Below, piece after piece: positions 8,617 to 17,534 of a stretch of 64,000 nt of DNA; position 1 is the first letter of the stretch, and every line of letters starts with the position of its first letter. A program made the translations under genes and the position numbers. The notes under the pieces are model-generated. The model made no database searches and was not told the DNA's origin. It was given only the letters and a program-made list of their open reading frames with translations. Source of the DNA: Gemmatimonadota bacterium (lineage in GTDB: Bacteria > Gemmatimonadota > Gemmatimonadetes > Gemmatimonadales > GWC2-71-9); the NCBI GenBank assembly GCA_041499375.1, contig JBGQKD010000004.1, forward strand, positions 1,137 through 65,136, in the 5' to 3' direction.

Positions 8617-10851
8617 TCAGCGGCGGCGGCCGAGCACGGCTTCGAGACGCGCGGAGAGCGCGCGCGCTCGGAATGGCTTGGTGAGAAAGTCGTCGGCGCC
8701 CAGCTCGAAGACGCGCACTTCGTTGTCCTCGTCGCCTTTCGCGGTCAGTACGATCACGGGAATGTTCGCGGTGGCCGGGCGCGAGCGCAGGTGCGACAGC
8801 ACGCCGTAGCCGTCCAGGCCCGGCAGGTTCAGATCGAGCACGATGATGTCGGGCCCCACCCGATCGACCTGATCGAGCGCCTGCACGCCGTCGCGTGCCT
8901 CCGTTACGACGTAGCCATCCCGCTCGAGCAGGTCGCGCATCACCTTGCGCAGGCTGTCCTCGTCGTCCACGAGCAGGACTTTCGAAGCCGGCTGGCCGTG
9001 CGCGCCCGAGCGACGCGCCGGCGGGGCGGACTCCTCGAGCAGGTCGAAGACCGTTGAGACGGGCGCGGCCGGCTCGTGTGGAACGACCGTTCCCGGCGTT
9101 GGCGAGCGCCGCAGGCCGGCGCTGCCGCGCGACGCTCGGGTCTCCGCCGGAGGCGGAGCCTCAGGTTCGTCGGGAATATCCACCACGCGGGTGAGCTCGT
9201 CGAGCGTGGACTCGCCGCGGGCCACGTGGGCGAGCCCAGAATCCCACAGCGATTTCATTCCGCCGCGTTGCGCCGCCTCCGCGATCCGACCTGCGGTCTC
9301 GCCGGCAGCGATCAGCCGCTCGAGCTCGGGCGTCATCGTGAGGATTTCGAGAATGGAGAACCGGCCGCGGTAGCCCGTCATCGCGCAATCGGGGCACCCG
9401 GCGGCGCGGTACAGCGGCGTGCCCTTGGGAATCCAGCGCCGGAGCCGTTCAGCTGGCGCTTCCATCCAGACTTCCTTGCAGGTGGGACAGAGCCTACGCA
9501 TCAGGCGCTGCGCCACGACCCCACGCAACGACGCCGCGATCTTGTACGACTCGACGCCGATGTCGACGAGTCGCGTGACGGCGTTGGCCGCGTCGTTCGT
9601 GTGCAACGTGGACAGCACCAGGTGTCCCGTGAGCGACGCCTGCACCGCGATCTGTGCCGTTTCCTTGTCGCGGATCTCGCCGACCAGAACGACGTTCGGG
9701 TCCTGCCGCAGGATCGAGCGCAGCGCCGCGGCAAACGTAAGGCCGGCTTTTTCCTGGACCTGGACCTGGACGATGCCCTGCATCCGGTATTCGACCGGGT
9801 CTTCGACCGTGACGATGTTGACGCCTTCGCTCTTGATCTGATTTATCGCCGAGTAGAGCGTCGTCGTCTTGCCCGAGCCGGTCGGCCCGGTAACGAGCAG
9901 GATGCCCTCGTGGTTCTCGAGCAGCCGCTTGATCGCTTCGGCTTCGCCCGGGTTGAGGCCGAGGCTGTCGAGCGACTTGACCGTGGCGCGGGAGTCGAGG
10001 ATGCGGATGACGACTTTTTCGCCGAGCTGTGCGGGCAGCGTCGAGACGCGCAGGTCGATCGGCTGGCCGTTGACCGCAACGCGCGCGCGCCCGTCCTGCG
10101 GGCGGAGGCGATCGGCGATGTCGAGCGAAGACATGATCTTGATGCGCGAGATGAGCGGCAGCCCTGCCTGTCGCGGGATCTTCATGACCTGCCGCAGCAC
10201 GCCGTCGATGCGGTAGCGCACCGCCACGCCGCCCTCTTCGGGCTCGACGTGGATATCGCTCGCCCGGGAAAGAATCCCCTCGGAAATGATCATGTCGACC
10301 AGGCGAACCACGGGCTTCTGGCTGGCGTCCGCTTCGGAGATGTTGAGCTCTTCGGGCGGCGGCGCCTCGCTCAGCGTCGTGATCTCGTGGTCGCCCATGC
10401 CCTCGAGCAGCTTGTCGATCGCCTTGTCCGACCGGTACATCTCGTCCAGCTTCTCGCTGATCTTGGAAGGCGGGAGCAGAAAGAGCCGGATCTCGCGCGC
10501 GGTCGCGAATGCCAGCGCCTTTTCGGCGTCGAGATCGAATGGGTTCGACGTTCCCAGCTCGAGGAACGAATCGGTCAGGCGCAACGGCAGCACGTGATAG
10601 CGGCGCGCCAATTGTTCGGGCACGCCGTCCCGCGCGGTGAGATCGATCTTCGAAGGGTCGGCGACCTTCAGACGGAAGCGGTGCGACAGCTTCTCGATGA
10701 TCTGGGCGTCTGTCGCGATCTTCTCGGCGACGACGCAATCCCACAGCGTGCGGCCGGACTCCGCCTTCGCCCGCAGCTCCTGTAGGCGCTCGGGCGTCAG
10801 GCCCTCGACCGATTGGGCCAACCACTCGTCTGGGAATTGGGTTACTGGCAT
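8617..10851 (-). CDS. GspE/PilB-family secretion ATPase fused to a C-terminal response-regulator receiver domain
   Basis: T2SSE_N-like N-terminus, Walker A GPTGSGKTT, tetracysteine CPTC..CPDC, Pro/Ala-rich linker. Then REC: KVLLVDDED, IIVLDLNLPGLDG, VIVLTAKG, LTKPF. Confidence 0.9.
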   Translation of the reverse strand: MPVTQFPDEWLAQSVEGLTPERLQELRAKAESGRTLWDCVVAEKIATDAQIIEKLSHRFRLKVADPSKIDLTARDGVPEQLARRYHVLPLRLTDSFLELGTSNPFDLDAEKALAFATAREIRLFLLPPSKISEKLDEMYRSDKAIDKLLEGMGDHEITTLSEAPPPEELNISEADASQKPVVRLVDMIISEGILSRASDIHVEPEEGGVAVRYRIDGVLRQVMKIPRQAGLPLISRIKIMSSLDIADRLRPQDGRARVAVNGQPIDLRVSTLPAQLGEKVVIRILDSRATVKSLDSLGLNPGEAEAIKRLLENHEGILLVTGPTGSGKTTTLYSAINQIKSEGVNIVTVEDPVEYRMQGIVQVQVQEKAGLTFAAALRSILRQDPNVVLVGEIRDKETAQIAVQASLTGHLVLSTLHTNDAANAVTRLVDIGVESYKIAASLRGVVAQRLMRRLCPTCKEVWMEAPAERLRRWIPKGTPLYRAAGCPDCAMTGYRGRFSILEILTMTPELERLIAAGETAGRIAEAAQRGGMKSLWDSGLAHVARGESTLDELTRVVDIPDEPEAPPPAETRASRGSAGLRRSPTPGTVVPHEPAAPVSTVFDLLEESAPPARRSGAHGQPASKVLLVDDEDSLRKVMRDLLERDGYVVTEARDGVQALDQVDRVGPDIIVLDLNLPGLDGYGVLSHLRSRPATANIPVIVLTAKGDEDNEVRVFELGADDFLTKPFRARALSARLEAVLGRRR

Positions 10852-10901
10852 CAGGCTGCCTCCAAGCTAGTCCCGGAGGCCGATCAGTCCAGTATCGGAA
10901 A

Positions 10902-12920
10902 TCACAGAATGTCCCAAAAATCACGCGTCACGTCGAACGCAACGTGGATCTGGCGTGTCTGCACACCGTAGCCCGCTTCGAGCCGTACCAGCCCGAGCCA
11001 TTCTGCGCCGAGCCCCAAAGTCACGCGGGCACCCGGCGTCGGCTGCCACGGTGTGAGCGCGATCGGCTCGGCGGTCCACCCCCACGCGGCGTAGGGGGCG
11101 AGCGTGATCGTTCCCGGCGTGCGCGCCGGCCCCGCGCTCAGACGAATGAATGGCACCGGAGTGCGCCATTCGAGGTGTACGACTGCGGCCCGGCGGCCGC
11201 CCCAATCCCGGAACCCATCGCCCAACAACGTCCCACGACCGCCGAGGACGAAGGCGCGGTGCGGCGGCAGATTGCGAGTCGCCAGACCGAACTGCACCCG
11301 CGTCAGGAATCGGCTCGCTCCGGCCCCGACCGGCACGAGCAAATGCGCCGTCCCACTGAGGCGCGTGTATCGATCGCCGAATTCCACCGTCGCCTCACCG
11401 GCGACATCGCGGCGCACGGCGAAGCCCTCGCTGCGGCGCCGCAGCGTCAGCGCAGCCGTGGAGTAGTCGCCGTCGCTCACGGCGGGATTTGGACGATAGT
11501 GTCCCGTCGCCGACGTCGCGTGAACCGCGAGTGATGCGACGTGTTCGCGTGCGGCCGCGAAGCGCCACTCGCCGCGCGCGCCGAGCCCCGAGCGCACGCT
11601 CAGCCGCACGCCCGTCGCGCGATAGTAGTCGCCGTAGTCGTCGCCGAATTCCTGCGACGCGATGGAGTTGAGCAGCGGTGCGATCACGGGCGCTTCCCCG
11701 ATGTCTCGGACTTGGGCGTACGCCGCCAGCTCGAGCCCGTCCGCGGACGTGAACGCGATGCTGCCCTTCCCCATCCGGTCGGCAAACCCGTAACTCCCCA
11801 GGCCGCGGAGCTCGAAGCCGTCGTCCGGAGTGCGCCACACGAAACCGGCTCCCACGGCGAGACCCTCGACGCGATTGACGTGGACCAGCTCGCTCACGGA
11901 GCGTGCCCCGAGGCGCTGGCGTTTGAGCCCCGTGAGCGCACGGCGGCCCGCGATGCGACTCACTTCGGCACGTACGTGTTGCAGATCGTTCTCGCGGACC
12001 GGCTCGGCGACGTCCTGGATGGCGGCGCTGAGGGTGGTCGGCCACGGAAAGGAATCGCGCTGGACCTTGGGCAGCGCCGTAATCTCTTCGCCGCGGAAAA
12101 AGCTCGTCTCGAGGCCGACGTTGAAGACGTAACTGTCGATCTCCCAGCGTCCGCGGATGATGCCGCGCGCCGGGATGTCGAGCCACGTGGCGCGGCGGCG
12201 AATCTCGACCTCCTGGCGGTACGGCAGCCAGAAACGTCCTTCCCAGAGCGCGTTGTCCAGGACGATGCTGACGTCCTCGAGCTGTGGATCCAAATACGCC
12301 TTGGGCGTGAAATTGAACGCCATCCGTACCAGCTCGGCGGATTCGACGTCGACAAAGAGCGTGCCGACGATGGCGGCGGTGCCGAAGTTCTTGGGCCGCA
12401 CCCGCAGCGCGACGACGCGCACCGCGCGTTGCGAAAGCACGATCGCCGTCGTGTCGCCCAGGGCAAAGTCGTACCCGTCTGTGCCACCGGGAGCGAGCGG
12501 GTGTGGCACGTCGCGCACTTCATCGCCCTCACCCAGTCGGATGGCGATGCCGAAGTTGTTCTGCACGATGCCGAGGTGATCGCGGTGGTAGTTGATATCG
12601 GTGGGAAGCTCGGCGCGATCGCGCCAACCGATGATGCGCTGCTTGCTGAGCTGCGGCGCCTTCCAGTACACTTCCAGCTCCAGCTGATCCGCTTTGACGA
12701 GCCGCGGCGGCTCGGTGAGCCCTTCGCCGAACTGCCCCAGGAAGAAGAGAAACCCGTGAGCCTTGGCCTTGTAGTCGCGCAGCGCTGTGTCGACCGCGGT
12801 CTGTGCGCGGCGCTCGATGGCGCGCCGCGCCAGCGCCAGGGCGGAATCGCTGTTCCACTCCTGAGCGGGTGCCCGGGTGGGGGTAGCGAGCACGAGCAGC
12901 AATGCGGCGGGCCAGCGCAT
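10902..12920 (-). CDS. hypothetical outer-membrane protein with Omp85-like C-terminal beta-barrel
   Basis: ORF 10902..13289 trimmed to ATG 12920, giving signal peptide MRWPAALLLVLATPTRAPAQ. The C-terminal half has alternating-hydrophobic strands and an FVLGGRGTLLG motif reminiscent of surface-antigen (D15) barrels. Confidence 0.7.
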   Translation of the reverse strand: MRWPAALLLVLATPTRAPAQEWNSDSALALARRAIERRAQTAVDTALRDYKAKAHGFLFFLGQFGEGLTEPPRLVKADQLELEVYWKAPQLSKQRIIGWRDRAELPTDINYHRDHLGIVQNNFGIAIRLGEGDEVRDVPHPLAPGGTDGYDFALGDTTAIVLSQRAVRVVALRVRPKNFGTAAIVGTLFVDVESAELVRMAFNFTPKAYLDPQLEDVSIVLDNALWEGRFWLPYRQEVEIRRRATWLDIPARGIIRGRWEIDSYVFNVGLETSFFRGEEITALPKVQRDSFPWPTTLSAAIQDVAEPVRENDLQHVRAEVSRIAGRRALTGLKRQRLGARSVSELVHVNRVEGLAVGAGFVWRTPDDGFELRGLGSYGFADRMGKGSIAFTSADGLELAAYAQVRDIGEAPVIAPLLNSIASQEFGDDYGDYYRATGVRLSVRSGLGARGEWRFAAAREHVASLAVHATSATGHYRPNPAVSDGDYSTAALTLRRRSEGFAVRRDVAGEATVEFGDRYTRLSGTAHLLVPVGAGASRFLTRVQFGLATRNLPPHRAFVLGGRGTLLGDGFRDWGGRRAAVVHLEWRTPVPFIRLSAGPARTPGTITLAPYAAWGWTAEPIALTPWQPTPGARVTLGLGAEWLGLVRLEAGYGVQTRQIHVAFDVTRDFWDIL

Positions 12921-12939
12921 GGCGGCGAAATCTAGTCCC

Positions 12940-14436
12940 ATGGACCCACGCGACGCATTCCTGGAGCGCGCCAAGCGTGGCGGAATCGTGCCGGTGATCC
13001 GCGAAGTGGTCACCGATGCCGATACGCCCGTGGCCGCCTTCGCGAAGATCGCGCGGCCGCCGTTCGCGTTTCTTCTCGAATCACTGGTCGGCGGCGAGCG
13101 CTGGGCCCGGTACACCTTCCTCGGCACCGAGCCGCGGGAAGCGTGGCGGTATCGCGGGCAACGGGTCGACCGCTGGACGCCGGCGTCTGGCTGGGAACAG
13201 GCGGGCCAGACGACCGACCCCATTACCCACCTCGCCGACCGCCTGCGCGCGCTCCCGAGCGTCGCGCTGCCCGGGCTGCCGCGCTTCATGGGCGGCGCCG
13301 TCGGGTACCTGGGCTACGACATCGTGCGCAGCATCGAACGACTCGCCGCGGGCCCGACCGACACGCTCGGCGTGCCCGATGCGGTCGTGATGATCGCGGA
13401 CTCGCTCGTAATACTCGACAACGTGTTCGGTCGCGCCATCGTCGTGGCGAACGTCGAGGTGCCCGCGAAGGCGTCGGCCGCGCAGCGGCTCCGGCTGTAC
13501 GACGTCGCCCAGGAGCGGCTCGACACCTTGATCGGGCGCCTGAGCGGGACGCATCAGCTCGCGCCGCTGGCCTTGGACGACGATGGAGTCGCGTTGCGGC
13601 CGCCCCCGCAATCCCAGTACGGCCGAGCGGCGTTCGAGCGCGATGTCGCCAAGATCCGCGAGTACATCGCCGCGGGCGACGTCTTCCAGGCCGTCCTGTC
13701 GCGCCGGCAGGTCGTGCCCGGTGCGGTCGACCCGCTACGACTGTACCGGTACCTGCGCGCCCTGAACCCCGCTCCCTATCTCTTCTACCTCACGCTCGAC
13801 GATGTGACGCTCGTCGGGAGCTCGCCGGAGGTGCTGGTCCGGGTCGAGGGCGATGAAGTCACGGTGCGACCCATCGCCGGCACCCGCCCGCGTGGCGCGA
13901 CGCCCGCCGAGGATGAAGCACTCGCGACGTCGCTGCGCGAGGACGAAAAGGAGCTGGCCGAGCACCGCATGCTCGTCGACCTGGGACGCAACGATGTCGG
14001 GCGGGTGGCGCAGTACGGCACGGTGCGCGTGACGGAATCGCTCCAGGTCGAGCGCTACTCGCATGTGCAGCATCTCGTGAGCGAGGTACGGGGCCGGTTG
14101 AAGGACGGCTATGACGCGCTCGACGTGTTTCGCGCGTGTTTCCCCGCCGGGACGGTCAGCGGCGCGCCCAAGGTGCGCGCGATGGAAATCATCGACGAGC
14201 TGGAGCCGGAGCGGCGCGGTCCGTATGCAGGGGCGGTCGGCTACGTTGGGTGGGGCGCGACGAGCATGGACACGGCCATCGCGATTCGTTCGGCGCTCGT
14301 GCTCAAGGACCAGGTCGTCGTGCAGGCGGGCGCCGGGATCGTCGCGGACTCAGATCCCTCACGCGAGTTCGCGGAAACCGAGGCCAAGGCACAAGCTGTG
14401 CTTCGGGCGCTCGCGCTGACCAAAGCGGGCGATTAG
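12940..14436 (+). CDS. trpE: anthranilate synthase component I
   Basis: Trimmed to ATG 12940 (MDPRDAFLERAKRGG). LLES feedback motif and chorismate-binding core (GAVGYLGYD, PSPEVLVR, IAGTRPRG, FPAGTVSGAPK, GAGIVADSDP). Confidence 0.93.
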   Translation: MDPRDAFLERAKRGGIVPVIREVVTDADTPVAAFAKIARPPFAFLLESLVGGERWARYTFLGTEPREAWRYRGQRVDRWTPASGWEQAGQTTDPITHLADRLRALPSVALPGLPRFMGGAVGYLGYDIVRSIERLAAGPTDTLGVPDAVVMIADSLVILDNVFGRAIVVANVEVPAKASAAQRLRLYDVAQERLDTLIGRLSGTHQLAPLALDDDGVALRPPPQSQYGRAAFERDVAKIREYIAAGDVFQAVLSRRQVVPGAVDPLRLYRYLRALNPAPYLFYLTLDDVTLVGSSPEVLVRVEGDEVTVRPIAGTRPRGATPAEDEALATSLREDEKELAEHRMLVDLGRNDVGRVAQYGTVRVTESLQVERYSHVQHLVSEVRGRLKDGYDALDVFRACFPAGTVSGAPKVRAMEIIDELEPERRGPYAGAVGYVGWGATSMDTAIAIRSALVLKDQVVVQAGAGIVADSDPSREFAETEAKAQAVLRALALTKAGD

Positions 14437-14446
14437 TTTCGGGCCT

Positions 14447-16072
14447 GTGTTCAAGCTGCTGAGCACATCCGGTGAACAATCGATCGATCTCCAGCTCGGG
14501 CGCAAGCTCGTGGTGGGGCGGGCGGTCACGAGCGACGTCCCGATCTACGACCCAACGATCTCCCGTCGACACGCCGAAGTCGTGCTCACCCAAAGCGGTG
14601 TCCGGGTCACCGACCTCGGCTCCTCGAACGGCACCTTCCTGAACGGCGCCAAGATCACCGAGGCCGAGGCGGGAGCCAACGACGTCGTGACCTTCGGGAA
14701 AGTGGCATTTCGTGTCAAGGAAGTGACTGCTCCCCTCCCCCGGCCTCAGGTCGTGCCGCCCCCCGCGGAATTCGTGAGCCCCAAGCCAGGCGTCAAGGGC
14801 GGAGCGGGTGGTGGCACGATCGTCCGGCAGCTGCCGGTCAGCGGCGGCGTCCCGGCGATCGTCATAGACGAGCCGCAAGGCTCCTCGCACCTCAAGGTCC
14901 GCGGCCAGAGTCAGGAAGAGCGGCGCGAGAAGAAGCTGTCCCTGCTGCTGGAAGTCTCGAAGGAGCTGTCGAAGCAGCAGGAGCTGGACCGCCTGCTCGA
15001 CAAGGTCGTGGACTTCACGTTCCAGATCATGAACGTGGACCGCGTCTCGATTCTGCTGCTCGACGGCAAGTCGGACGAGCTGATTCCGCGCATTTCCAAG
15101 AGCCGCACGGGCGACGCGAGCGCCGCCAAGCACGTCCCCCAGTCGATCGCCCGGAAAGCGGTCGAAGAGCGGGTCGCGATTCTGTCGGACAATGCCGCCG
15201 CCGACGAGCGCTTCAAGGGGAAATCGATTCTCATCCAGAGCGTGCGCAGCGCGATGTGCACGCCGCTGATGGGCTCCGACCAGAAGGTCCTGGGCATCCT
15301 CTACGTCGACAACCTCACCGCGACGCACTCGTTCGCCGACGAGGATCTCGAGTTTCTCATTGCGTTCGGCGGTCTCACCGCGATCGCCATCGAGAACTCG
15401 CAGCTCTCGGAGCGGATCCGCCGCGAGGCACTGGTGCGCTCGAACTTCGAGCGCTACTTCTCGCCCAACATCGCGTCGGTGATCGCCGAGCAGCAGGACG
15501 CCGGGAAGTTGCCGAGCCAGAAGCTGCCGGTGGTGGTGTTCTTCTCGGACATTCGCGGCTTCACCCCGATGTCGGAAACGATGAACCCCGACGAGATCGC
15601 GGGCCTGCTCACCGATTACTTCACCGAAATGGTGGACATCGTGTTCGAGCATTCCGGCACACTCGACAAGTTCATGGGCGACGCCATCATGGCGCTGTGG
15701 GGCGCGCCGATCGGCCATGCCGACGACGCCGACCGCGCCATGCAGTGCGCGATCGATCAGCTCGAGACGCTGGAGAAGATGAACGCCAAGTGGAAGGAAT
15801 CGGGGCGGCAGCCGCTCGCGATCGGCATCGGCATCAACTACGGCGAGGTCTTTGCCGGCAACATCGGCTCGAACCGGCGGCTCGAGTACACCGTCATCGG
15901 CGACGCGGTGAACACCGCCAGCCGACTCTGTTCATCGGCCGGCGGCAACGAGATTCTAATTTCCGAGCCGTTCTACAAGGCGCTCAAGAACCCCCCCAAG
16001 GTGGAGGCGCTCGAGCCGATTCAGGTCAAAGGCAAGACGAAGAAGGTGCCGGTCTACCGCGTGAAGCGGTAA
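14447..16072 (+). CDS. FHA-GAF-class III adenylate/guanylate cyclase
   Basis: FHA: GRAVTSDVPIYDPTISRRHAEV..GSSNGTFLNG. GAF: LDKVVDFTFQIMNVDRVSILLLD. Cyclase: VVFFSDIRGFTPMSE, KFMGDAIMALWGAP, IGINYGEVFAGNIGS. Confidence 0.9.
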   Translation: MFKLLSTSGEQSIDLQLGRKLVVGRAVTSDVPIYDPTISRRHAEVVLTQSGVRVTDLGSSNGTFLNGAKITEAEAGANDVVTFGKVAFRVKEVTAPLPRPQVVPPPAEFVSPKPGVKGGAGGGTIVRQLPVSGGVPAIVIDEPQGSSHLKVRGQSQEERREKKLSLLLEVSKELSKQQELDRLLDKVVDFTFQIMNVDRVSILLLDGKSDELIPRISKSRTGDASAAKHVPQSIARKAVEERVAILSDNAAADERFKGKSILIQSVRSAMCTPLMGSDQKVLGILYVDNLTATHSFADEDLEFLIAFGGLTAIAIENSQLSERIRREALVRSNFERYFSPNIASVIAEQQDAGKLPSQKLPVVVFFSDIRGFTPMSETMNPDEIAGLLTDYFTEMVDIVFEHSGTLDKFMGDAIMALWGAPIGHADDADRAMQCAIDQLETLEKMNAKWKESGRQPLAIGIGINYGEVFAGNIGSNRRLEYTVIGDAVNTASRLCSSAGGNEILISEPFYKALKNPPKVEALEPIQVKGKTKKVPVYRVKR

Positions 16073-16632
16073 GGCCGGCCGAATTTCGCCAGCAGGTCCA
16101 ACGCCAGCCGCAGCGGCAGTCCCATCACGCCAAAGAAGTCGCCTTCCACCCGTTCGATCAGCGGCGCGCCGAGTCCCTGAATCGCGTAGGCGCCGGCTTT
16201 GTCGAGCGGCTCACCCGTCGCGACGTATTCCTCGAGCGTGCGCCAATCGTTCGGACGAAACGTGACGCGCGAGACATCCAGCGCCTGCTCGAGCCTGCCG
16301 TTCTCCGCCACCGCGACGGCGGTGAGCACTTCGTGCGTCTTCCCCTGGAGCTGCTCCAGCATTTCGACGGCGTTTTGTGGCGACGTCGGCTTCTCGAAGA
16401 TCTTCCCGCGCAAGACGACGGTCGTGTCGGCCGCCAGAATCACCTCACCTGGCGCGCGCGGCAGCACGGCCTCGGCCTTCGCGCGCGACAGCCGGGTGAC
16501 GTAGGCGTCCGGCTTCTCCCCGGGCAACACGTGCTCGTCCACATCAGGAGCGATGACGCGGAACGGAATGCGCAACATTTCGAGGAGCTGCTTCCGGCGC
16601 GGCGACCCGGAGGCCAGCACGATGGGGATCAC
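16054..16632 (-). CDS. maf: Maf-family nucleoside triphosphate pyrophosphatase
   Basis: IVLASGSPRRKQLLEML, KAGAYAIQG. GTG start. Confidence 0.9.
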   Translation of the reverse strand: MIPIVLASGSPRRKQLLEMLRIPFRVIAPDVDEHVLPGEKPDAYVTRLSRAKAEAVLPRAPGEVILAADTTVVLRGKIFEKPTSPQNAVEMLEQLQGKTHEVLTAVAVAENGRLEQALDVSRVTFRPNDWRTLEEYVATGEPLDKAGAYAIQGLGAPLIERVEGDFFGVMGLPLRLALDLLAKFGRPYRFTR

Positions 16633-16664
16633 GCGAGAAAAGATAGCTCGGGCTATGTTTCGGC

Positions 16665-17534
16665 GTGCTCTACCCCGCGCTGCTGCTATTGCAGGCGGCC
16701 GCCGCGCCGGCGGCGACCGACATCTATGTCGCCGACCTCCGCGTCGCGGACGGCCGCGTCCTCGTCGGCGTTCCGGTCAACGTCACCACGCGCCCCGGCT
16801 ACGACAACCAGCCCAACTTCCTGCCCGACGGCCGCGCTTTCCTCTATACCTCGGTCCGTGAGGACAGCCAGGCGGACATCTACCGCTACGATCTCGAACG
16901 GAAAACCAGCGTGCAACTCACGGCTACGCGCGAAAGCGAGTACTCCGCGACGCCGCTGCCGACGGGCGATGGGTTCTCGGTCGTCCGCGTCGAAGCCGAC
17001 TCGACCCAGCGGCTCTGGGCGTTCGACGCCGACGGCACGCACCCGCGCCTCGTCCTCGACTCGATCAAACCGGTCGGCTATCACGCCTGGGGCAATGACC
17101 ACGCGATCGTGCTCTTTGTGCTCGGCACGCCCTCGACGCTGCAGATTGCGGACGATCGTTTCCCGGGCGCACGCGGCGCGGTGATCACCCGTGATGTGGG
17201 CCGGTCGTTGCAGCGCGTCCCGGGCCGCGACGCCGTCAGCTTTGTACAACGCGATTCGACGAGGGGCAACTGGCTCGAGGAGGTCGACATCGGCGCCAGG
17301 CGCGTCACGACCCTTGTGCAGGCGCCGGCGGGAGCTGACTTCTTTGTCTGGACGCCGAGCGGGATCGTGCTCACCGCGAGTGGGACAACGCTGTATCAGT
17401 GGGATCCGCAGGGCAGCGCTGGCTGGGTAACTGTGGCCGACCTGGGCCCGGCCGGTCTCACGAGCATCTCACGACTCGCCGTGAGTCCCAAGGGCGATCG
17501 CCTCGCGATCGTTGCCGTCCCGGCGAAGCCCTAG
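16665..17534 (+). CDS. TolB-like beta-propeller (PD40 repeat) protein, probably exported
   Basis: PGYDNQPNFLPDGRAFLYTS..DIYRYDL repeats and a hydrophobic N-terminus. Confidence 0.7.
   Translation: MLYPALLLLQAAAAPAATDIYVADLRVADGRVLVGVPVNVTTRPGYDNQPNFLPDGRAFLYTSVREDSQADIYRYDLERKTSVQLTATRESEYSATPLPTGDGFSVVRVEADSTQRLWAFDADGTHPRLVLDSIKPVGYHAWGNDHAIVLFVLGTPSTLQIADDRFPGARGAVITRDVGRSLQRVPGRDAVSFVQRDSTRGNWLEEVDIGARRVTTLVQAPAGADFFVWTPSGIVLTASGTTLYQWDPQGSAGWVTVADLGPAGLTSISRLAVSPKGDRLAIVAVPAKP

Noticed and set aside
12921-13289. N-terminal extensions of longest ORFs: 10902..13289, 17531..19090, 19788..21269, 52943..54952, 58698..59864, 59662..61338, 339..1934, 42292..43386.
   Set aside because: The extensions overlap neighbouring genes and look non-protein-like. 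An internal start restores the expected family N-terminus or a signal peptide, often at a GTGA junction.
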